From: a virus | Taxonomy: Duplodnaviria; Caudoviricetes | DNA length: 53,467 nt | Virus record (IMG/VR): IMGVR_UViG_3300010354_003850 | Span: 1 to 53,467 of that record | Strand: one strand, 5' to 3' | In this document: positions 45,701 to 53,467 of the stretch, piece after piece | How the letters are laid out: each line of letters begins with the position of its first letter | How positions within the stretch are numbered: position 1 is the stretch's first letter | Made by a program: the position numbers and the translations under genes | The notes under the pieces: model-generated | Told to the model about the DNA's origin: nothing | Databases searched by the model: none | Seen by the model: the letters and a program-made list of their open reading frames with translations, nothing else

Positions 45701-46381
45701 ATGGTTGAGGTCAGTCCACCAAGCGGTCCTGCACGGCGATTCTCCAAGAAAGAAAAGATCAAGCAGCAATTCAGAGATCGTTACGGCAAGCGATGGAAGG
45801 AAGTTTTCTATGCTACGGCATGGAAGATGCACAAGGGAGAGTCCGTTGAGCCGACCGAGGATTGGTTGACCGAATCAAAAAAGATCAATTCGGTCATGCA
45901 ATGGACTGCCTTGGGCAAGCGTGGTCCTCTTCTGATTGGAACAAAGGAAATCGTAAACACCTACAAGCGAGACACCCCGGGTGAGCGTGAGCGACTTGGC
46001 GAGGAAAAGACTCCCGAGGAGAAGGATGCGCTGTACAAGGAGTGGCAAAAACTCGTAAACATGTCGGGAAAGGAAATACAATCGTTCCTTGATTCCGATG
46101 AGGGCAAGGAAGCGGGACTCTCTCGCAAAGAGGCTGGCAAGGCAGGATCAAGTGGTGGCAAGATCACAAGTGGCAGAGATTCTGCCCGTGCAATTATTCG
46201 TATGCTTGACACCCCCAAGGACAAGTGGACACCAAACGATTGGAAATGGGCTGGCAAGCAAGTCAGTTTCATTAGTCGCATGAAGGGCGCAAAAGGTGGT
46301 CTCCGTGACGAAAAGGGCAGACCAACCCGCAAATTGCTTGCGCTCAAAGTATGGGGCTACAATCCGGAGAAGAAGTCATGA
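42779..46381 (+). CDS. 1200-aa polyprotein: HxGH nucleotidyltransferase, RimK-type ATP-grasp ligase, retropepsin-like protease, small basic modules
   Basis: FGRMNPPTIGH; NKLET, GAEGIGV, QEF, FRTNIARG, GID, EMNASPG; AKIDTG; MERFATHITE. Confidence 0.8.
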   Translation: MMERFATHITEAKKKDTAVFAFGRMNPPTIGHGAVVDKVMSEASKRNADHYIFVSKTQEPKKNPLDQKTKIAYLKKFFPRGNFPIGKSINPFDTVLYLCELGYKHIVVVTGSDHLAEYNKIKEYKGKVASNDPKKRKYSFETFEVVIAGEARDDAATGVAGMSASKMRAAAFNNDYKSFSAGVPGTDDATKKKLFKDVRKGLNLKEEYFPEAKDETENVTILAVTSSEKDLSDTIEKMEEICKRRKINFYAVKTSKAQVDISNVASNKITIKNYDGEGKDVTIVPGDTVAVVRGGVMNSDIGVAIMTILQNNGVFMINERGGMELCANKLETAIALKKHELPHPRTAFVANEENIESAVKEIGGKFPVIVKTLTGAEGIGVSKIESMESLKSVLQTLWKYGAEVIMQEFLPNFKNDVRSICLNGKIFACAKRDKAPKDFRTNIARGSKGGSFQLSDEEIKLVERAARVSKCYYVGIDHVINDGKPYIIEMNASPGSGNIYYRYYEDGKGKDNVKGEELVEDFVDYILNKAHWKLFSNLAVREEVVIDGEEYTAKIDTGNSGYNMIHAEDIKDNGDHTVTFKLPNGKKVTKKIVSRITVKSGIGQKKRLVVLMDIEFHGKKYTNIKFSLGDRSHMSTKVLIGLQFLSKTGMVVDPADAIYPQPDVNSKRKGDEEEEMNEDMAISQAKEAAVDILKTPVIASKIFAVANKKGKLAPEEYKREVETVKMEIINQAYKALGAGNTLTRFTQENKVAKILTKLMDKFIVSGGIDISTWNKLMMGAIKFVHILGMGDELEGTPIAEADATKGKEFKTKTGKIKQSPKDKGTGLPKKYVSGLSKRDAELRKKRLEKRKNMRDDDPKTWEFVNPKEKNIKTKPSKYSTLYKKLEKKGQLKALKNQYEHDTVMERLLVIDESNGSVGQKMRKAIETEERCRNRGMSEGAKISRWYIEYLKEIRNTELSSDETPSDINEDFEFFMVEVSPPSGPARRFSKKEKIKQQFRDRYGKRWKEVFYATAWKMHKGESVEPTEDWLTESKKINSVMQWTALGKRGPLLIGTKEIVNTYKRDTPGERERLGEEKTPEEKDALYKEWQKLVNMSGKEIQSFLDSDEGKEAGLSRKEAGKAGSSGGKITSGRDSARAIIRMLDTPKDKWTPNDWKWAGKQVSFISRMKGAKGGLRDEKGRPTRKLLALKVWGYNPEKKS

Positions 46382-46638
46382 AATCATTCAAGGGACTGCT
46401 GAACAGCATTCAAGAAGCAAGAATCGCTGCGCTTGAAAAGAAAGCAAAGAAGAGCGGCATCCCTTACGGCATTCTAAAGAAAGTGTACGACCGGGGCATG
46501 GCAGCATGGAAGGGTGGGCATAGACCCGGTGCCAGCAGCCATGCATGGGCGTTCGCAAGAGTCAATTCATTCATAGTTGGCGGCAAGACCCGAAAGACGG
46601 CGGATGCCGATCTTTGGAAGAAGGCAAAGGGCGGCTGA
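46378..46638 (+). CDS. small basic protein (DUF5824-like); capsid-targeting-like N-terminus
   Basis: MKSFKGLLNSIQE; SGIPYGILKKVYDRG.AAW...HRPG...WA.ARVNSF. Confidence 0.7.
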   Translation: MKSFKGLLNSIQEARIAALEKKAKKSGIPYGILKKVYDRGMAAWKGGHRPGASSHAWAFARVNSFIVGGKTRKTADADLWKKAKGG

Positions 46639-46646
46639 TCCCGTAC

Positions 46647-46654
46647 TATAAATA
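46647..46654 (+). promoter_or_regulatory. T4 late promoter consensus
   Basis: Exact TATAAATA. Confidence 0.8.
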
Positions 46655-46677
46655 ACGAGTATCCACAGGAGAGACTA

Positions 46678-47046
46678 ATGTTTCACAATCCATTCAATTC
46701 CAAGATCGTTGCAGACATCACCAAGTTTCTGAATGAACACAGAAACGACATCGACATCATGCCATGCCTGAACGAGAAGGCTGCTGCCGCTGCCGAGAAG
46801 GTCGCAGAGCAGACCGTCCTTGAGGAGCGCAAGACTGTCCTTGTTACTCTGTTCAACGAAGCAGTTAAGGATTGCGGTTGCCGTGGAACAACCAAGGAAG
46901 CAAATGACTTTGCCAAGGCTGTGCAGATGCACATCGAAGCAAAGAAGATTGTAGTCCCCGCTGGCAAGGTTACCAACCCATCCCACAAGGCAAATGAGTT
47001 GGAAACCCCCGAGAGCGTCAAGAAGAAGACTGCAAACCCCAAGTAA
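46678..47046 (+). CDS. hypothetical late protein
   Basis: Late promoter, AGGAG RBS. Confidence 0.65.
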   Translation: MFHNPFNSKIVADITKFLNEHRNDIDIMPCLNEKAAAAAEKVAEQTVLEERKTVLVTLFNEAVKDCGCRGTTKEANDFAKAVQMHIEAKKIVVPAGKVTNPSHKANELETPESVKKKTANPK

Positions 47047-47081
47047 TCAACGGATAAATAGACCAAGAGGAGAACTACCCA

Positions 47082-48185
47082 ATGGCATATTGGAATTCAA
47101 CCGACAGAGAAGAATCGAAGCCAACATGGCTGAACGCCGCACAGAAGATTAACTGCGTCCGCACAGTCAAGGGTTGGGAACTCCCTCTTGATGGGACTTC
47201 TCTTGGTGGACAGTTGCACGGAAAGTTGGGAACCACGGCAAGCATCCCCGTGACCGAACTATTGGTAGCAATGCCAAATGATCCGGTATATTCTCCGTAT
47301 CTTCTCCTTACCGTTACGGGCAGAGCAGCAAACCTTGCTGTAAACGCTTCGGGCGGAACTGGATACACCGCAGGAACCAAGATTCTCTGCTATTTGCCTG
47401 ATAATTACCCAATCGGATCGACATCTGCTAGTGTCTTTGCCGGAACAATTGCCGGTTCGACAGCAGCAGCAGGAACCGTTACTCTTCAGGTAACACCAAT
47501 CGTTCCTGCAAATTACACCACGATTGACGAAAGCATTCAGGTCGAAGTCAAGGCAAACGGTCTTGTTCACCCGATTGGATTCACAGGACCGACTGCACAG
47601 ATTCAAACCGCAACATTTGTGGATAACTATGATACAAACTCATTGCTGACTTCTCGCTCGGTGACAAGTGCCGCAGGAGGTACAGCATCAAGTGATGTTC
47701 CCGCATATGCTCCGTACATCACTTGCCCCTTCAACGGCGATAGCGCAACTGCCGGTGGATTTGATGGTGTGGGTCTTTCCTTCACTACATCCGCAGCGGG
47801 TTCGGGAACTGCATATGGAAACTATGCAGTAAATGGTTATGGAGTTTCTACTCTTAACTTCCCCGCCTCTGCAACCGCATATGTCAAGATCGTTGCAAAC
47901 GACAGCAACTTCACCAACAACCTGACATTCTCGGAGCCAACGGATCCATTTGGCACTTATGGAAACCTGATTCAGGGAGCCGACCTGTTGACAACAACGA
48001 ATGTTCCTGCCGCCATCTATGAGGCATTCTTCGGACCGACAAGTTCGTTCAACAACAACATTGCGGTTCTCAAGGTCAATAGAGCAGGAGCAACAGCAGG
48101 AAGTTACACGGTCAGAGTTCTTGTAACCGATGATGGTGCAGGAAGCCTGACAGGTGACAGCACATTCAAGGTTGCATTCGTCTGA
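47082..48185 (+). CDS. Thr/Ala/Gly-rich probable virion structural protein
   Basis: ATAAATA 47054-47060; GAGGAG RBS; beta-rich low-charge composition. Confidence 0.6.
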   Translation: MAYWNSTDREESKPTWLNAAQKINCVRTVKGWELPLDGTSLGGQLHGKLGTTASIPVTELLVAMPNDPVYSPYLLLTVTGRAANLAVNASGGTGYTAGTKILCYLPDNYPIGSTSASVFAGTIAGSTAAAGTVTLQVTPIVPANYTTIDESIQVEVKANGLVHPIGFTGPTAQIQTATFVDNYDTNSLLTSRSVTSAAGGTASSDVPAYAPYITCPFNGDSATAGGFDGVGLSFTTSAAGSGTAYGNYAVNGYGVSTLNFPASATAYVKIVANDSNFTNNLTFSEPTDPFGTYGNLIQGADLLTTTNVPAAIYEAFFGPTSSFNNNIAVLKVNRAGATAGSYTVRVLVTDDGAGSLTGDSTFKVAFV

Positions 48186-48204
48186 TAAAAAGGAAGGAAC
48201 CGAC

Positions 48205-48693
48205 ATGAAGTCTTACAAAGAACTTCGCAAGACAATTCGTGAGCAGCACGGGGCATCTGAACCTTTTAGTGCATTTACTTCCCGTGGGCGTGTCGGTCCT
48301 CAAGATGGCGACAATGGGTTGGATGCGGACATGAATTTGTCTTCCCTAACGCCGGGAGCAATTGCCCGCATCAACACCTATCTCGGTGCATTGTCGGCAA
48401 AGCCCTATATCGACCCAATGGCTGCACTCAAGCAAGCACAGGGTCGTTTGCAGATGATTGGACTCAACTTTGATCTGACCAAGGAATGCGCCATGAGATT
48501 GGCTACGCAGACAGAAGAGATTATTCCTCTTGTCCGCTTTGGTGGCGTGTTCGGTAGTGATGGTACTACATACAGTACATCTTATGATGACGGAATCACT
48601 CCGAAACTTGGTCACGGTCTTGCAATTCGTGTTGAAACTCACAGACTCCCAAATGGATTGACACAGATTCACGCACAGATTGTACCAAACTGA
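48205..48693 (+). CDS. hypothetical protein with capsid-targeting-like N-terminus
   Basis: AGGAAGGA RBS; MKSYKELRKTIRE. Confidence 0.6.
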   Translation: MKSYKELRKTIREQHGASEPFSAFTSRGRVGPQDGDNGLDADMNLSSLTPGAIARINTYLGALSAKPYIDPMAALKQAQGRLQMIGLNFDLTKECAMRLATQTEEIIPLVRFGGVFGSDGTTYSTSYDDGITPKLGHGLAIRVETHRLPNGLTQIHAQIVPN

Positions 48694-48711
48694 TTCCAAT
48701 GGCTTTACATA

Positions 48712-49101
48712 ATGCAGGGCGACAGCCTGACCAATGAGAACTACATTCGTTATGCGATGCGGAACTACGACAATCCGTATTGCATTGGGGTCAAGGAATT
48801 CGAAGAAGACCTGGCACGGATCGTGTATCTAAAGAGACTTTTTCGAAGATACAAGAAGGGCGGCGTTCTTCGTGAGCGTCTTATCCTCAATCATATCATC
48901 ACATTCTGCAATGTTTTTGGAGTCGAGGCAGGCACTCGACTTCTGTTCTTTAAGATAGACTCCGATCTTCACTACATACTTAAGACTTTTCTAGTGTTCC
49001 TAGAGTATTTGCCGGAAGACAAGCAGAAGTTCAATCTTGAAGTCGATATAGTGAAGATCAGCATGGATCAGGAAATCATCAAACGACTTCGGAGCATCTG
49101 A
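48712..49101 (+). CDS. conserved T4-like phage hypothetical protein
   Basis: YDNP.C....EF.EDL.RI.YLKRL..RY...G.LRERLILNH. Confidence 0.75.
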   Translation: MQGDSLTNENYIRYAMRNYDNPYCIGVKEFEEDLARIVYLKRLFRRYKKGGVLRERLILNHIITFCNVFGVEAGTRLLFFKIDSDLHYILKTFLVFLEYLPEDKQKFNLEVDIVKISMDQEIIKRLRSI

Positions 49102-49670
49102 TGAACATCGACAACCTTGTTACGAGTCAGTTTCGCCGTTTCATGACTTCTCCAATCAAGGAACCCAAGTGCGTCTTTGAACGCCTTGTGTACGAATTTC
49201 GCAAGCAAGTTGAGGCGGGAATGCCATTCAATACTTGGTCGCAGCCCTATCTTCCACACATGGTTGCAGAGTCCGGCTATCAACTTAATGAATTCAGCAA
49301 GAAGGAAACTCAAGTGATTGAATCCCTCATCAAGGAAGAACTTGAAAAATATGGGCTTCTTCACTCAATTCTGAACGAGCAGCACGAAGCAAAGACAATC
49401 GAACCGGGAAAGTATTCCCTTTCAAATGGAACGAGATTCGAACTCAATGCACCGCTTTTGCCTTGCGATGAATTCTTGGGATATCCAATCTACAAGCACG
49501 GAGACTTGCGATTCACATATGAACAGGTTCATCACGAGGATGCTCCCGTGAATGCCGTTGGTCATGGCAACATTGCGGGTGTCTCTCCGGGGCAGGAGCC
49601 TCCGGGCAAGAGCGGACTGTATCTACGCAGAAACAAGAAGAAGACGAAGGAACTCAAGCGCAAACTGTGA
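49101..49670 (+). CDS. hypothetical protein
   Basis: 189-aa ORF coupled to previous; C-terminal EDAPVNAVG.GNIAG. Confidence 0.6.
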   Translation: MNIDNLVTSQFRRFMTSPIKEPKCVFERLVYEFRKQVEAGMPFNTWSQPYLPHMVAESGYQLNEFSKKETQVIESLIKEELEKYGLLHSILNEQHEAKTIEPGKYSLSNGTRFELNAPLLPCDEFLGYPIYKHGDLRFTYEQVHHEDAPVNAVGHGNIAGVSPGQEPPGKSGLYLRRNKKKTKELKRKL

Positions 49671-49836
49671 GGCGGTATGTATGCGCCTGAACTGCTTGTT
49701 TTGAGGTCGAGTTTTCGAGTTTCATAAGAAAGTCTATTCATCTTCTCGGACTTATAATCCGGAAAACGATCTTATAACTTTGATTCGATTGTCCTTGACT
49801 GCGAGCAACATCAGAAGTACAGTAGTCACAAATTAA

Positions 49837-50865
49837 ATGCCGATACACATCGACACAAAGTACATCAATCTGCTGTCACCACGGCTAGAGAAGTTCCAAT
49901 GGAAGAAGCAGTCATTGGCGGTCTGTCGTTGTCCAATCTGCGGGGACAGCCAGAAGAGCAAAAGCAAGGCTCGGTTTTATCTGTACGAAAAGAAGGGATC
50001 GTTCTTCTGCAAGTGCCACAACTGCGACTATAGCGCATCTTTGGGTTGGCTTCTCAAGACAATCGATTCCAATCTCCACAAGCAGTATTCATTCGATGTC
50101 CTAAAGGAAACAGGAGTCTCGCACGGGCGCACACGGGCAGGCACGGGCGCACCCGCCCCCGCACGAAGGGCAGAAGACAAGGTTCTGAAGTTGCTGCCCA
50201 AATTGTCTGAACTTGAGAAGACTCATCCTGCGGTCGAATGGGCAATCAACAGGAAACTTCCCAAAGAGAGCCTTGACATACTGTACTATGCAGAGGACTA
50301 TGGCGAATGGGCGAAGAACATCGATGCCGATGTACAGGCGGGAAACGATCAACGAGTTGTCATTCCCATACTAGACAAGGACGGAAAGGTGATCGGCGCA
50401 CAGGGAAGAATCTTGAGCGGGAAGAATCCTGACAGAAAGACGATTCGATACATCACGGTGAAGGCAGACAAAGACGGTGGAAAGTCTTGGTACGGTCTAG
50501 ATCGATGCAATTCCAAGAAGCCCGTTATTGTTGTTGAAGGTCCGATTGACAGCCTGTTCCTTGACAATGCCGTGGCAATGATCGGTTTGTCTGATGCAAC
50601 AAACATCCCTGTCGATCTTGATGGTGCAGAACTGATCTATGCATTGGACAATGAGCCAAGGAACAAGCAAGTTGTTGAATCCATGGAACGATTGATCGAT
50701 GAAGGTCACACCGTTTGCATTTGGTCTGATCGTTTCCGTGGAATGAAGGACATCAACGAAATGATTCTTGCAGGATACAGCAAGATCAGCGTAATGCAGG
50801 AAATACAACGCAATTCCCATTCGGGTCTTGCGGCACATATTGCCCTCAAAAGGTGGGCTAAATAA
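49837..50865 (+). CDS. gp61: DNA primase
   Basis: RCPICGDS...CHNC Zn finger; VEGPIDSLF; DNEPRN; KDINEM; promoter TTGACT-N17-TACAGT at 49795-49823. Confidence 0.96.
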   Translation: MPIHIDTKYINLLSPRLEKFQWKKQSLAVCRCPICGDSQKSKSKARFYLYEKKGSFFCKCHNCDYSASLGWLLKTIDSNLHKQYSFDVLKETGVSHGRTRAGTGAPAPARRAEDKVLKLLPKLSELEKTHPAVEWAINRKLPKESLDILYYAEDYGEWAKNIDADVQAGNDQRVVIPILDKDGKVIGAQGRILSGKNPDRKTIRYITVKADKDGGKSWYGLDRCNSKKPVIVVEGPIDSLFLDNAVAMIGLSDATNIPVDLDGAELIYALDNEPRNKQVVESMERLIDEGHTVCIWSDRFRGMKDINEMILAGYSKISVMQEIQRNSHSGLAAHIALKRWAK

Positions 50866-50881
50866 CAAAGGAGGATTTGAG

Positions 50882-51148
50882 ATGAACCCCGAGAATGATG
50901 ACATTGAGTACGCAAGCGATGCACAGGATGACATGGGTGATGTACATCAGGAACCCATGCCAACCGTCATTGATCTAGTTGTTGACGGCAAGGCTAGCGA
51001 GGCAAAGGACGCAATTTATTCCGCACTTTACCAAAAGGTAGGCGAAAGAATCGATGCGCTCCGTCCCGAAATTCGGCAGTCGATCAACGGCGCAATCGCA
51101 AACATTGCACAGATAGAACCGACAGAAACATCTACCGAGCAGGAGTGA
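50882..51148 (+). CDS. small acidic late protein (possibly prohead-core-like)
   Basis: CTAAATA 50858-50864; GGAGG RBS. Confidence 0.55.
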   Translation: MNPENDDIEYASDAQDDMGDVHQEPMPTVIDLVVDGKASEAKDAIYSALYQKVGERIDALRPEIRQSINGAIANIAQIEPTETSTEQE

Positions 51149-51151
51149 TCC

Positions 51152-51829
51152 ATGGAAGTGATTAGTGAAGCCATCCCTGTTCTTGACAGGGGCTTTGTTC
51201 AATATGTTTCGCATATGGGGGATGACCTCACGGTGGTGAATGCCGCCCGTGTTTCATTCAACAAGGAAAGCACGGAGTTCACCGGACGGGACGAAAAACT
51301 TATTTCGTACCTTGCCAAGCACAAGCATTGGACTCCGTTCGCACATCCGCAGATCACGCTGCGGATCAAGGCACCAATTTCCATTCGAACGCAACTCTTC
51401 AAGCACAAGCAGGGATTCGTTGAGAACGAGGTTTCCCGCAGATATGTGATCGAAGACCCCGAGGTATACCTTCCGAGATGGAGAAATGCCCCCACGGATG
51501 GGGCAAAGCAAGGATCGTCCGGCACGATGGACATCAATGAGGAATACAACACTTGCAGTCGTGCATATCTGATGGTGGTCGAAGAGGCTATGCACACATA
51601 CAAGATGCTCCTAGACAAGGGAGTTGCCCCGGAGCAGGCAAGGTTCGTGCTTCCGCAGGGAACATACACCGAATGGTGGTGGACGGGAAGTCTTGCTGCA
51701 TATGCACGGGTATACGGTCTGCGATCAGATTCCCATGCCCAATGGGAGGTTCGTGAGTATTCAAATGCAATTGGGGTGATCGTTCGTGATCTTTTCCCTG
51801 TCTCATGGGCAGCATTGACAAGCAGATAA
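51152..51829 (+). CDS. thyX: FAD-dependent thymidylate synthase
   Basis: VNAARVSF, HWTPF, QLFKH, NEVSRRY, PEQARFVLP, HAQWEVR. Confidence 0.95.
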   Translation: MEVISEAIPVLDRGFVQYVSHMGDDLTVVNAARVSFNKESTEFTGRDEKLISYLAKHKHWTPFAHPQITLRIKAPISIRTQLFKHKQGFVENEVSRRYVIEDPEVYLPRWRNAPTDGAKQGSSGTMDINEEYNTCSRAYLMVVEEAMHTYKMLLDKGVAPEQARFVLPQGTYTEWWWTGSLAAYARVYGLRSDSHAQWEVREYSNAIGVIVRDLFPVSWAALTSR

Positions 51830-51870
51830 GCCGTCCCTAAATACCCTGTAATCCCCTTTACGAGTACAGG

Positions 51871-53467
<1,597 letters not shown>

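Noticed and set aside
49677-49727. 16-codon ORF MYAPELLVLRSSFRVS before the primase promoter
   Set aside because: Too short, weak RBS, no supporting feature

Overview
A 53.5 kb segment of a large T4-like (Tevenvirinae/Kyanoviridae-type) myovirus genome, essentially all coded on the + strand in the standard genetic code. It carries the T4-type replication core (gp45, gp44, gp62, regA, gp43, uvsX, gp41, gp61), nucleotide genes (dUTPase, ThyX, 5'-deoxyribonucleotidase), two paralogous DNA methyltransferases, SAM decarboxylase, a GroES-like protein, 10 tRNAs, a tmRNA, an 11-gene glycan-synthesis island between uvsX and gp41, and a collagen-repeat fibre gene running off the right end. Sigma70-like promoters and T4-late-like (C/A/TA)TAAATA promoters are both visible. 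Most interesting: (1) about ten late genes whose products begin with a T4 capsid-targeting-like peptide (MKSFxxY/FxxE), including enzymes and multi-module polyproteins with Glu-rich putative prohead-protease linkers, i.e. a candidate injected enzyme payload; (2) gp43-type sliding-clamp tails on both methyltransferases and an HNH; (3) apparent loss of AGCT, reaching even the tRNA D-stems; (4) CACGGGCGCAC clusters embedded in unrelated genes; (5) two unexplained structured ncRNA candidates; (6) widespread leaderless transcripts. All family calls are from motif recognition by eye, with no database searches.
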